A stretch of DNA of 64,000 bases from an uncultured Thermoplasmata archaeon (GTDB lineage: Archaea; Thermoplasmatota; Thermoplasmata; Halarchaeoplasmatales; Halarchaeoplasmataceae), in assembly GCA_964458595.1 (NCBI GenBank), contig CAYWJQ010000005.1, positions 85,298 to 149,297 of the forward strand, read 5' to 3'. The notes under the pieces were generated by a model. It searched no databases and was not told where the DNA came from. It worked only from the letters and a program-made list of their open reading frames with translations. The position numbers and the translations under genes are program-made. Positions 49,809 through 59,690 of this stretch are shown here, piece by piece. Position 1 is the stretch's first letter. Each line of letters opens with the position of its first letter.

Positions 49809-49854
49809 GATCTTTTTTCCGAAAGTTTTTTTGCCTGAACAAAGATAAAGAAAT

Positions 49855-50028
49855 ATGAAAAGAAGTCTGCTAGATATACTTCGATGTCCTGAATGCAAGG
49901 GTGGATTGGATCTAACCGTTGAGAGAGAAGAGGATGAAATAGAGGAAGGTACTCTGCACTGTGAGAAATGCGGAATCGATTATCCGATAGAAGATGGTAT
50001 ACCCAATATGCTTCCGCCCGACGAGTGA
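49855..50028 (+). CDS. trm112: Trm112-family methyltransferase activator (57 aa; absent from the ORF track)
   Basis: Manual translation MKRSLLDILRCPECKGGL...LHCEKCGIDYPIEDGIPNMLPPDE. Confidence 0.92.
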   Translation: MKRSLLDILRCPECKGGLDLTVEREEDEIEEGTLHCEKCGIDYPIEDGIPNMLPPDE

Positions 50029-50041
50029 GCTTTAAAGCTTA

Positions 50042-50536
50042 CTACATGTATTCTTTCTGTATCTCGACTATCTCTGAGCTGCTTTCGGCTTCCCTGTACT
50101 CCTCTAGAGGCTCCTCGTTCATCTCTATAAAATGTTCTCCCCAGCTGAATTGGGATAATATATCTTTAGCCTGGTCAACTTCGTCGAGTATGTAAAGTGC
50201 CGAGGCAAGCGCTTCCGCCGTCGTCAGTTGGAACGCGTTTCCATAATTCACTGGATTTACAGCGACTAGATACGGTAGAGCTCTACCGTTTTCGTATTCA
50301 GGTATCTTGTCATCTGCTTCTGTCCAGGTGCAGTCGATCGCCCTGATGCCTCCTTCTTCCGCTTTTTCTTTATCATCTGGAGATATAGCTTTTTCCGCTA
50401 AGGGGTTGAGGTAAATGCCGCCCTCACCCAGCTCTCTGTCGTTCACTATCTTTTCCGCAACTCCTTTATCTAACAGTTTTCTAGCTGTACACTTATCAGG
50501 GTCGCATTCTCGATAATCCAATATTAGGAGATTCAT
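50042..50536 (-). CDS. tsr3: SSU rRNA aminocarboxypropyltransferase Tsr3 (DUF367)
   Basis: CDP.KCT, DCTW, RALPYL.AVNPVNYG, WG..F. Confidence 0.92.
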   Translation of the reverse strand: MNLLILDYRECDPDKCTARKLLDKGVAEKIVNDRELGEGGIYLNPLAEKAISPDDKEKAEEGGIRAIDCTWTEADDKIPEYENGRALPYLVAVNPVNYGNAFQLTTAEALASALYILDEVDQAKDILSQFSWGEHFIEMNEEPLEEYREAESSSEIVEIQKEYM

Positions 50537-50653
50537 ACGTGTTCATATTTAGGGCCACAGTAATAAATCATTCGAAAACAAACCATCGAGATAAGGCATG
50601 ATATTTCACCCAAAAGATGGAAAAATATAAGAACATGCTAATCTATAATACCC

Positions 50654-50739
50654 TACCCGATGATGACGAATCCAAAGCTGACGATGACGAGGGACGACAG
50701 ATCCCTCTCGGATGATGAGTGATGGGCAGTCTGAGGGTA
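50654..50739 (+). ncRNA. Box C/D guide sRNA
   Basis: Terminal stem TACCC/GGGTA; box C ATGATGA 50660, D' CTGA 50678, C' ATGATGA 50712, D CTGA 50731; 11- and 12-nt guides. Confidence 0.88.
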
Positions 50740-50761
50740 AAAAAAATAATATTGTGATAGC

Positions 50762-51367
50762 ATGGTCACCGGATTCGATTTATTACATAATAATAAGCCG
50801 CTTCAAAAACACTGGATAAAAAGAGTGATAGCATACCTTATCGATTTTCTGGTCTCGTCGCTTATAATCTACGTGCCGTTCTACATCATAAATATCAAGT
50901 TTTTCGCTCCGGCGATGATCTGGTATTTCCCGATGATAGCGGGGATGGTTCAGGTCTTCTATTCTGCGATCCTCGAATACATGACTAGAAAGACCCTAGG
51001 TAAAGCTATAATGAACCTGAGCGTAGAACAGCTCACACAGAGATTCAATATGTCCGAGGCCCTCATAAGAAATTTTAGCAAGATAAACGGGATCCTGATC
51101 CTATTCGATTGGGTCGCCGGCATGGCCACTGAAGGAGATCCGCGGCAGCGATATCTTGATCGACTCTCCGAGACCACCGTTAAAGGTGCGGGAGAACCGG
51201 TCCATTTCAGAGAGTTTATCGACGAACATCTCTTCGAAGGGGAAAAAACGGACGAACAAGAAGAGGAGATAGAAGAAGGAGAGAAACGCTGCCGGGAATG
51301 CGGAGGTAAACTCAAAGATATAGGAAGCGGAAGGTCCAGATGTACTAACTGCGGCCGTATACAGTAG
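50762..51367 (+). CDS. RDD-family membrane protein with C-terminal Zn ribbon
   Basis: KR..AYLID, TLGK, RN, QR..D; CRECG...CTNCG. Confidence 0.85.
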   Translation: MVTGFDLLHNNKPLQKHWIKRVIAYLIDFLVSSLIIYVPFYIINIKFFAPAMIWYFPMIAGMVQVFYSAILEYMTRKTLGKAIMNLSVEQLTQRFNMSEALIRNFSKINGILILFDWVAGMATEGDPRQRYLDRLSETTVKGAGEPVHFREFIDEHLFEGEKTDEQEEEIEEGEKRCRECGGKLKDIGSGRSRCTNCGRIQ

Positions 51368-51371
51368 AACG

Positions 51372-52673
51372 ATGTTGATAGCGGTAGACGATACGGACTC
51401 TAGAGAGGGCATGTGCACCACTTTTTTAGCCACGGAACTAATCAAAGAGTTCGACGAATATCAACTGCTGGATTATCCAAGATTGGTAAGGTTGAACCCG
51501 AACGTTCCTTGGAAAACCAGGGGCAACGGAGCGATAGTTATCGAGCTGGGTGTTGGGAGTGAAAAGGAAAAGAAAATCGGTGAGATCAACGAAGATATAT
51601 GGAGCTTTGAAAAGGGGAAAGAAATTCGGGACGACCTTTTCAAAAGAGTCGAAGAAGTGGTAGAAAATCTATCTGAGTTTGACAGCCCTAAAACTAATCC
51701 CGGCTTCGTGATAGCGAAAGAGAGACCGGATAGAGAGCTGTACGAAAAGGTAGTCCAAGATGTGGTCGAACTCGAAGAGGTCCTTGATATAATAAATGAA
51801 GACAATTTTCGATACAAAGGATACGGTGAGAAGAGAGGCTTGATCGGGGCTTCGGCAGCGCTGTCGTGGCGTCCCGATGATATTACCTATGAGCTTTTAG
51901 CTTATCGTGGAAAAGAGAGATGGGGAACCGAGCGAGATATTGACAAGACCGATGTTAAAACTGTAGACAAGGAAATAAAAAGTTCCTTCGACAGCTACGA
52001 CTATACAGAAAACAAACAGACGATCGCACCGAATTCTCCCTGTCCCGTGCTGTACGGTGTAAGAGGTGAAGATCCAGAAGAACTAAAAAAGGCTCTAGAT
52101 ATAATCGATGGTGAGGAAGCCGAACGATGGATCACTTTTCTCACGAATCAGGGAACTGACGATCACATCCAGGAGATGGATATCACCGAAACAAAACCGT
52201 GGACTTCGGCAAAAGTTCAAGGTCCGGTGACCTCCGAACCTCGCGTCATAGAAGGGGGTCACGTCCTGTTCGAGATCGGTGATGAAAAGGAGAGTATGAC
52301 CGCGGCGGCTTATGAACCGACCAAGGATTTTAGAAAAACGGTAAAACGACTGATCGAAGGGGATGAAGTCGTACTGTGGGGAGGGATAAGAAAAGATCCT
52401 AAGACTCTGAATATAGAGAAGATGAAGATCGTAGATCTGGAAGAAAAGATAGTCAAGATGAGTAATCCAGAGTGTCCGGAATGCGGAAAAAACATGTCGT
52501 CCATGGGTAAAGACGCAGGTTATAGATGCAAGAGATGCAGGATAAAAGCCGATGAAGATGAAGCGGTTAGAGAAAAAGTGGAAAGAGAACTTGAAGAAAG
52601 ATGGTATGAGACGCCGGTCTCAGCTAGGAGACATCTCTCTAAACCACTTAAAAGGATAAGAAAGCAGAAGTGA
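51372..52673 (+). CDS. tiaS: tRNA(Ile2) agmatidine synthase
   Basis: DDTDS..GMCTT, RLNPNVPWKTRGN, PCPVLYG.RG, NQGTD.H, Zn ribbon, RRHLSKP. Confidence 0.95.
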   Translation: MLIAVDDTDSREGMCTTFLATELIKEFDEYQLLDYPRLVRLNPNVPWKTRGNGAIVIELGVGSEKEKKIGEINEDIWSFEKGKEIRDDLFKRVEEVVENLSEFDSPKTNPGFVIAKERPDRELYEKVVQDVVELEEVLDIINEDNFRYKGYGEKRGLIGASAALSWRPDDITYELLAYRGKERWGTERDIDKTDVKTVDKEIKSSFDSYDYTENKQTIAPNSPCPVLYGVRGEDPEELKKALDIIDGEEAERWITFLTNQGTDDHIQEMDITETKPWTSAKVQGPVTSEPRVIEGGHVLFEIGDEKESMTAAAYEPTKDFRKTVKRLIEGDEVVLWGGIRKDPKTLNIEKMKIVDLEEKIVKMSNPECPECGKNMSSMGKDAGYRCKRCRIKADEDEAVREKVERELEERWYETPVSARRHLSKPLKRIRKQK

Positions 52674-52696
52674 AAGGTTTTTCTGTTGTTTATGTT

Positions 52697-54085
52697 CTAT
52701 TCCGGATAGAACTCGTCTATGTATTTTTGATCTATCCTTTTGAGATCCTTTTTCGGTATCATCGTGAGTAGATCCCAAGCCAGGTCCAATGTTTCCTCAA
52801 TAGTTCGGTCTTCTTCGACACCCTGGTTGATGAATTCCTCCTCGAACTCGTCTGCAAATTCCAGATAAAGTTGATCTCTGTCACTCAGGGCCTCTTCACC
52901 TACGACCGCGACGAGATCACGCAAGTCTAGTCCTTCGGCATATGCGGCGAAGAGTTGATTGCTGACATCGGAATGATCTTTTCTAGTCCTTTCTTCACCG
53001 ATACCTTCTTCCATCAGACGAGACAGGCTTTCACCGGGAGTTATAGGAGGTCTTATCCCCTTTCTATGTAATTCTCTAGAGAATACGAGCTGACCTTCCG
53101 TAATATATCCAGTAAGGTCGGGTATTGGATGAGTTATATCGTCGTCGGGCATGGTTAGTATCGGAATCATGGTTATCGACCCATCTCTGTTCAAAATCCT
53201 TCCCGCTCTTTCGTAGATATTCGCGAGATCGGTGTACATGTATCCGGGATAACCTCTTCTACCGGGGACCTCTTCTCTTGCAGCGGCTATTTCCCTGAGA
53301 GCCTCGCAGTAGTTGGTCATATCCGTCATTATAACGAGGACCTGCATGTCTTCCTCGAACGCCAGGTACTCGGCAGCGGTAAGAGCCATCCTCGGGATGA
53401 TTATCCTTTCGATCGCCGGATCGTCGGCAAGATTCAGGAAAAGAACGGATCTCTCCAGCGCGCCGGTCCTCTCAAAATCGTTTCTAAAGAAGTTAGCTTC
53501 CTCGGCGGTGATGCCCATAGCGCAGAAAACCACGGCGAATTCTTCTTCTTCACCTAGGACCTGGGACTGCCTTGCTATCTGGGCCGCCACGCTGTTATGG
53601 GGTAGACCCGAAGCGCTGAAGATCGGTAATTTTTGTCCTCTTACCAGCGTGAGCATGCCGTCTATAGTGGATATCCCGGTCTGTATGAATTCTCTAGGAT
53701 ATTCCCTCGCTGAGGGATTTATCGGATCGCCGTTGATATTCCTTCTTTCGTCGGGTATGATATCCGGGCTTCCGTCGATCGGTTCTCCGACTCCGTTGAA
53801 TACTCTACCGAGAAGTTCTCTAGAAACACCGAATTTCATGACTTCTCCGGTGAACTGTACGCTGGTTTCATCGGTATCAAGACCTCTAGTTCCCGCGAAT
53901 ACCTGCAGGATGGCTCGGTCGGTTTCGGCTTCGAGTACCTGTCCCATCCTCTCTTCTCCGTTCGGCAATTTGACTTTGGCTATTTCGTCGTATGCGACAT
54001 CGCTTATTCCCTCAACAACCATCAGAGGACCAGAAACTTCAGTAACATTCTGATATTCGGTCCTTTTCGACATCTCATCACTCAT
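52697..54085 (-). CDS. atpB: A1Ao ATP synthase subunit B
   Basis: [36 protein letters not shown]. Confidence 0.97.
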   Translation of the reverse strand: MSDEMSKRTEYQNVTEVSGPLMVVEGISDVAYDEIAKVKLPNGEERMGQVLEAETDRAILQVFAGTRGLDTDETSVQFTGEVMKFGVSRELLGRVFNGVGEPIDGSPDIIPDERRNINGDPINPSAREYPREFIQTGISTIDGMLTLVRGQKLPIFSASGLPHNSVAAQIARQSQVLGEEEEFAVVFCAMGITAEEANFFRNDFERTGALERSVLFLNLADDPAIERIIIPRMALTAAEYLAFEEDMQVLVIMTDMTNYCEALREIAAAREEVPGRRGYPGYMYTDLANIYERAGRILNRDGSITMIPILTMPDDDITHPIPDLTGYITEGQLVFSRELHRKGIRPPITPGESLSRLMEEGIGEERTRKDHSDVSNQLFAAYAEGLDLRDLVAVVGEEALSDRDQLYLEFADEFEEEFINQGVEEDRTIEETLDLAWDLLTMIPKKDLKRIDQKYIDEFYPE

Positions 54086-54088
54086 GTG

Positions 54089-57000
54089 TTATCCCTCCAA
54101 TTCCTCGCTAACATCATCTTCCGATTCGAGCGCTTCCGGACCCCCTTCGCTTTCCAGCGGAGAGGATAATTCGAGAGAATCTTCTATCTCTTGGAACTCT
54201 TCGTTCATCTTCATCTCGACCTCGCTCGATTTCTCTTCCCATTCATCCTTGGGTATGTTCGATAATCTGCTTATATCCTCTAACACGTCCATCTCGGACA
54301 AAGTATCTACCATGACTCCTTCTTCGATCGCCTGTTGGCCGGTTTCATAGAACTCCATCATTATTTGTAACATCCTGAACTGTTTTTCCGGGGAACAGAA
54401 TGTATCCACGTCGTGGAAAGCGTTCTGCTGTAGGAAATCCTCCCTGATTATCCTAGCGGCCTGAAGAGCGAACTGGTCCGAGGGAGGTAGAGCGTCGGGA
54501 CCTACAAGTTGAACGATCTCTTCGAGTTCGGACTCCTTCTCCAAGAGCCGCATCGTTTCTCTACGCAGGTCTTTCCAGTTCTCGTTCACGTTCTCGTCCC
54601 ACCAGTCTCCCATCTCATCCAGATAAAGTGAATAAGATGTCAACCAGTCGACAGCCGGGAAGTGACGTTTGTTCTTAAGCTCGGTATCCAATGCCCAGAA
54701 GACCTGAACTATCCGGAGGGTGTTCTGGGTGACCGGTTCGGAGAAATCACCGCCGGAAGGACTAACGGCTCCGATGACCGATATGGATCCTTCTCTATCG
54801 CCGTGCAGTTTGCACATGCCGGCTCTCTCGTAGAATGATGCCAGTTCAGAAGCTAGATAAGCCGGAAAACCTTCTTCTCCGGGCATCTCCTCGAGCCTCC
54901 CGGATATCTCTCTCAGAGCTTCGGCCCATCTCGAAGTCGAATCGGCCATGAGAGCGACGTCGTATCCCATATCTCTGTAAAATTCCGCTATAGTGATGCC
55001 GGAAAAAACCGAAGCCTCTCTCGCCGCGACGGGCATATTACTGGTGTTAGCTATGAGAACGGTCCTCTTCATCAAAGGTTCCCCGGACCATGGATCCTCC
55101 AGTTCTGGAAAATCTCTGAGAACTTCTGTCATCTCGTTGCCCCTCTCCCCGCATCCGACGTAAACTACTATATCGGCATCGCTCCATTTGGCCAATTGGT
55201 GCTGAATTACCGTGTTATGGAGGAACATAGGTGCGTTACCTCCCACAAAGTTGTGAGTATCCGGCACCGTCAAGTCAAAAACTTCCTGAGATTCTTCTTT
55301 CATCTCTATCGATTCAACGGGATCAGGTAAAAAATGATCTAAATGGTTCTCTGCTATGCTCTTCAAATCTTCATCTGCGGTCATAGAGGAGAATTTCCTA
55401 AATATTGGAACACTCATCTTTTCTTCCTGAGTGGTGTAATTCGCTACCTTTATTCCATTTTCTTTGAATTCTTTTCTAGGAACGCCGCTGTTTTCGAATT
55501 TCTCCTGCACCATTTCGGGGGAGACATTTACCGCATTCACTCCTCTAAAATGTTCACTGTCCTTTTCTAGATATCTTTTTATTTTTTCGTACTTTTGATG
55601 ATCTATAGATGTTTTTTCGTAGAAATTTTCTAGTTCTTCCCCAGAAACCCTTATCCTGTAGCTTTCATTAGCTCGGGTCTCTTTCGAGGAGAGTCTCGGC
55701 AGAACGGCGATCCTTGTCAAAGCATAAGTGAGGTCGCTAGCCATCTCTTCACTCGAAGTATTTATTTCGACTTCATATTTAGAAAAACTCCCATCGGCTA
55801 GATAATAACCTCTTACAAAGGCAGCTATCGCCTCTTCTCCGCTTTTAAAGACTTTGCTCGGGATGCTACAATTTCTCGACTTGACTTCTTCCGGGAATCC
55901 TAAAGATACTAGCAGATCCCTAAGTGTTTTACAGTTTACTTTTACTGAATCAACCGTTCGAGCGTGCTCCCTTTCTGCTTCTAAATCGAAAAGTTTGTAG
56001 AATAGTTCTTCTACTCTTGACAAAAGCTCTTCATCGTTGTTGTAAAAGTGTATCGAAGTCGGCTTTAAACTGCCGTCTCCAAGCAAAAGACCTAATAGTT
56101 CCGCAAAGTCTTCATCGATATTTTCTGGGACCTTTATGGGAGTAGACCTCCTCTCACCTTTTACTTTCCTTATCTGATGATCGATTTCGTTCTGTTCGAA
56201 GATATCCTTAGCAACTTTGACTTTTGGCCTATTCCTTCCAAGGGCATATTCAGTAAGAACGTCCTCGCTTACATCCAATCTCTCAGCTAACTCCTTCCTA
56301 CTGCCTAATTTCTTTTCTAGTTCATCTATGCTACTAATTACCTTTTCAAAGTCTTCACCATGGACCCTTTTCTCTGGCAATAAGTCTACTGTAGTCAATT
56401 TTTGCTCTCCTGTTTTTTCGTCCAAAGAGAGTTTTCTTGGAACCAAGAGAGTGTCCTCTTGTTCTATCTCTCGAGCTGGTTTCTCCACGATCTCCATCTC
56501 AGGGGTCAGAACAAACAGTTTATGGACTGGCGTAATCTCAACTTCACGACCCGACTTGGTTTTTATCACGACGGTCGAATCAGTCTTACCTTTGTAAAGA
56601 CACGTCGCCTCTTTTTCAGATATCTCTCCATCATCCATGGATAATATCTCGAGGGGGCGGTCTAGTTCGATCAATTCTTCCTCACCGTCTACTTTCTTCT
56701 TCCCTTTTTCCTTATACTTTTCGTATATATCTTCTATAGGTTCTTTTGATCCATCAGCGAATAGCATGGGTGTATCGCCAGTTACGCATTTCCCGGTCCC
56801 GAAGCCCCCGGGGATAGCGGCTGTTCCGCCTTTAGCGATGGGGAAGAAAGTATCCAATACTCTCTGACCGGTAACGAGGAGTTCGCCCGGCTGTTTTTTA
56901 TCTTGTATCGGTCTGCCTATCCTGACAGGCCATCTCTGCTTCATGCTTATCTCTTCTTCACCATCTTTGTTCTCTAAAACCGCTATAGTCTCGTTGATCG

Positions 57001-57556
57001 TATAATCGCCTTCAGGAACTATCTCCTTGATAGTACCTTCAGTATCAGGAGGCACCATCACCTTATGATCTACGGTAGGAGTCTCTTCGACTATACCTAA
57101 AATATCTCCATGTTCGACCTCTTCCCCTTCTTCAGCTTTGGGTTTGAACTCCCATTCTTTTTCCTCGTCCAGTGGAGATACGTCGATACCTCTTCGGATG
57201 AAATCGCCGGTCTTCTCGACTATACTCTGAAGGGGTCTCTGGATGCCGTCATAGATCTGCTCTATGAGACCTGGGCCCAGTTCTAAAGATAAAGGTTCGC
57301 CCGTTCTCTTCACTGGTTCTCCCGGCTTGACTCCGCCGGTTTCTTCGTACACCTGGATAGTCGCGACGTCTTCTTCGAGCTCGATAACTTCGCCTATAAG
57401 ACCTTCTTCACCGACTTCTACGACCTCGTACATCTCCACGCCCTGTAGGTTATCGGCCTCTACGACCGGGCCGGCCACGTGGATAATCCTACCTTCACCC
57501 TCTTCTTCATCGGGTTTTTCGATCTTGCTTATACTTTCCTCAGCTTCTTCTACCAT
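54089..57556 (-). CDS. atpA: A1Ao ATP synthase subunit A (intein-containing)
   Basis: GGFGTGK|T P-loop split by an intein, [23 protein letters not shown]. Confidence 0.97.
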   Translation of the reverse strand: MVEEAEESISKIEKPDEEEGEGRIIHVAGPVVEADNLQGVEMYEVVEVGEEGLIGEVIELEEDVATIQVYEETGGVKPGEPVKRTGEPLSLELGPGLIEQIYDGIQRPLQSIVEKTGDFIRRGIDVSPLDEEKEWEFKPKAEEGEEVEHGDILGIVEETPTVDHKVMVPPDTEGTIKEIVPEGDYTINETIAVLENKDGEEEISMKQRWPVRIGRPIQDKKQPGELLVTGQRVLDTFFPIAKGGTAAIPGGFGTGKCVTGDTPMLFADGSKEPIEDIYEKYKEKGKKKVDGEEELIELDRPLEILSMDDGEISEKEATCLYKGKTDSTVVIKTKSGREVEITPVHKLFVLTPEMEIVEKPAREIEQEDTLLVPRKLSLDEKTGEQKLTTVDLLPEKRVHGEDFEKVISSIDELEKKLGSRKELAERLDVSEDVLTEYALGRNRPKVKVAKDIFEQNEIDHQIRKVKGERRSTPIKVPENIDEDFAELLGLLLGDGSLKPTSIHFYNNDEELLSRVEELFYKLFDLEAEREHARTVDSVKVNCKTLRDLLVSLGFPEEVKSRNCSIPSKVFKSGEEAIAAFVRGYYLADGSFSKYEVEINTSSEEMASDLTYALTRIAVLPRLSSKETRANESYRIRVSGEELENFYEKTSIDHQKYEKIKRYLEKDSEHFRGVNAVNVSPEMVQEKFENSGVPRKEFKENGIKVANYTTQEEKMSVPIFRKFSSMTADEDLKSIAENHLDHFLPDPVESIEMKEESQEVFDLTVPDTHNFVGGNAPMFLHNTVIQHQLAKWSDADIVVYVGCGERGNEMTEVLRDFPELEDPWSGEPLMKRTVLIANTSNMPVAAREASVFSGITIAEFYRDMGYDVALMADSTSRWAEALREISGRLEEMPGEEGFPAYLASELASFYERAGMCKLHGDREGSISVIGAVSPSGGDFSEPVTQNTLRIVQVFWALDTELKNKRHFPAVDWLTSYSLYLDEMGDWWDENVNENWKDLRRETMRLLEKESELEEIVQLVGPDALPPSDQFALQAARIIREDFLQQNAFHDVDTFCSPEKQFRMLQIMMEFYETGQQAIEEGVMVDTLSEMDVLEDISRLSNIPKDEWEEKSSEVEMKMNEEFQEIEDSLELSSPLESEGGPEALESEDDVSEELEG
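55214..56788 (-). mobile_element. Intein (525 aa) with LAGLIDADG homing endonuclease in the AtpA P-loop
   Basis: Starts CVTGDT, block [14 protein letters not shown] and [10 protein letters not shown], ends FLHN followed by Thr. Confidence 0.95.
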
Positions 57557-57614
57557 ACTTTTGTTCCTCCTGAAATGATTTTGATATCACGATATTTTTG
57601 AGTATGATCACACA

Positions 57615-57965
57615 TCATTTTTCCTCCTTCGAATCTTGAGTATTGACGTCTATACCGACGGCTCTTTTGATCTTGCCTTTTAGAGGATCCTCTTTTTCTT
57701 CTAACGGACCTCCTTTGTCGGGTATCTCTACTATTACGGGATAGACATCATCTCTTCTTTTCTTCTTTTCATCCAGATGTTCTCTAATTTTTTTCGCGAT
57801 CTGTTCGGATAACAGTATGACCCCTATCTCGGGTGACTCTATCAATTTATCTATCCTCTTCTTTATCTCGTATTCATCCTGAGGCGAGAATACTTCGTCC
57901 ACGCCCGCGAGCGAAAAGCCGAGAGTCATATCCTCCTTACCCACCACGACTACCTTCTTCCTCAT
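57615..57965 (-). CDS. atpF: A1Ao ATP synthase subunit F
   Basis: GF.LAGV, P.IVEIP, IKRAVGID; operon position. Confidence 0.92.
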   Translation of the reverse strand: MRKKVVVVGKEDMTLGFSLAGVDEVFSPQDEYEIKKRIDKLIESPEIGVILLSEQIAKKIREHLDEKKKRRDDVYPVIVEIPDKGGPLEEKEDPLKGKIKRAVGIDVNTQDSKEEK

Positions 57966-59098
57966 GTGTTTTCCTCCATGATCATCAGTTCTTTTATCCT
58001 GTCCGAGTCGAGCTCTTCACGGAGACCCCTTATCAAAGTCTTCAGATTTCTCAATTCCACGTCTTTGGAAACTAGATATTTTATTATCGGCCCCACGGTC
58101 AAGATCTGCTGGCTGGATATCTCGGATACGATATCTAACAGCCTCTTATCCAGATATTTTTCCAGGTCGAAATCTGACATCGAAGTACCTTCGGTCCTGA
58201 GGTCTTCATAAGAAGTCCCTTCTAGTTCCACCATCGCCTCTTCCGCGTTATTCGAATCAATCATGTCTTCCAGCTTCCACTCTTCGAGCTCCCTGCCCGA
58301 GGGTAGTAGAGAATCCTTTATCTCTTCTTTATCGACGTCTTCCCTCAATCCTCTGAACACTATCTTTAGATTGGATATATCAGTATATCTGCCGAAGAAA
58401 TACTTCACGTGAGCTTTCTCCTCGGTACCGACTTTCATCACCGCTTGTCTCATCTTTTCGAAGATGAATCGATCGAGAGCCACATCCATGCCGAAGAAAT
58501 CGTCCTCCCAATCTCTACCGGCTAGAACCTCTTCGAACTCGGTGTCTTTCAGTACACCCATCACTTCTTGAAGATTCGTCGCGGAGGCGATCTCGTCTAT
58601 CATCTCTTCGTCCAAGGCCTTGACCGGATATAATTTACGCAGAATCTCTTCTTTTTCTTTGCCTCTAGCGACCCCCTTCACGGCCCTCTTTATCATCTTT
58701 ATATCGTATCTTTTGATCCAAACGTTGACCAGAGGTTTCGCATTCTCAGGTGAGGCCACGTAAGCTTTTTTCAAGAGCTCTATCGTTTCTTTTTCCAGGT
58801 GCTCCTCCACATCGCCGATATCTTCTAGACCTTCTTTCGGGATCTGATAGTTGTTCTCCCTGATCTTGGAATAGATTTCGTTTATATTCTTGCTTTCTGT
58901 CAAGGGTTCTAGCTCCTCTTTTTTGACGAACGGATTACCGTGAGCTCTGAATTTAGCGTTAGGGTAAGTGAAACTCGCTATAGTGATCAGCTGTCTGAAG
59001 TAGCTCATCAACAGAACTACAACTATAAGTAAGGATAAACCGACTATTATCAGCACCAGATTGGGCAGTCCTACGGTACTCAATAATTCTTCCAGCAA
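57962..59098 (-). CDS. atpC: A1Ao ATP synthase subunit C
   Basis: YPNA, D..NLK..R, E.RNL; operon position. Confidence 0.9.
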   Translation of the reverse strand: MLEELLSTVGLPNLVLIIVGLSLLIVVVLLMSYFRQLITIASFTYPNAKFRAHGNPFVKKEELEPLTESKNINEIYSKIRENNYQIPKEGLEDIGDVEEHLEKETIELLKKAYVASPENAKPLVNVWIKRYDIKMIKRAVKGVARGKEKEEILRKLYPVKALDEEMIDEIASATNLQEVMGVLKDTEFEEVLAGRDWEDDFFGMDVALDRFIFEKMRQAVMKVGTEEKAHVKYFFGRYTDISNLKIVFRGLREDVDKEEIKDSLLPSGRELEEWKLEDMIDSNNAEEAMVELEGTSYEDLRTEGTSMSDFDLEKYLDKRLLDIVSEISSQQILTVGPIIKYLVSKDVELRNLKTLIRGLREELDSDRIKELMIMEENT

Positions 59099-59101
59099 CT
59101 A

Positions 59102-59680
59102 TTAGTCCTCCGGAAACAGTATTTCGGATATTTCCTTTCTAAGTTCTTTCTTATTCCTTTCGATATTGGCCTCGAAAGTGAAGTCTATTTCAGCCCCTTT
59201 CTTCGAGGTCGCTTTGATACCGCCCAAGGAGTTGAGACCACCCTCGATATCCAAGGAGGGATCGAACTCCCGAGCTATACTTTGAACTTCATCCACGCTT
59301 TCTTCGTTACAGTGGATCACTATATCTTCTCCCAAAACTTGCATGGATTTCTTTATAGACTTTTTCAAATACTCTTCATATTCTGAAGGATCCAACTCTT
59401 CTAGGCGTTCTCTAGCTCTTTTGAATACTCGTTCGATCATCTCTTCTCTGATATTCATCTTTTTCTTTCGAGATTCCAATTTGGCTTGAGAGAGGATCCT
59501 GTTCTCCATCGTCTCTATCTCTCTCTTTTCCTTTTTCCTGATCTCGTCCAGTCTTCTCTCTTTCTCCTTCTCGATCTCCTGTCTGACCTCTTCTGCCTCT
59601 TCTTCTTTTCTCTCTAGTATCTCCTCTGCTTTTCTCTCGGCGTCTTTTTTGATCCTTTCGATTAATTTTTCAACTGGCAT
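59102..59680 (-). CDS. atpE: A1Ao ATP synthase subunit E
   Basis: N-terminal coiled coil, GG, D.TF; operon position. Confidence 0.9.
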   Translation of the reverse strand: MPVEKLIERIKKDAERKAEEILERKEEEAEEVRQEIEKEKERRLDEIRKKEKREIETMENRILSQAKLESRKKKMNIREEMIERVFKRARERLEELDPSEYEEYLKKSIKKSMQVLGEDIVIHCNEESVDEVQSIAREFDPSLDIEGGLNSLGGIKATSKKGAEIDFTFEANIERNKKELRKEISEILFPED

Positions 59681-59690
59681 TTTAGATTCC

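Noticed and set aside
53313..54053. 246-aa plus-strand ORF and many similar S/F-rich antisense ORFs (e.g. 33484-34059, 39506-40006)
   Set aside because: Shadow frames of well-supported genes, produced by codon bias of the acidic proteome
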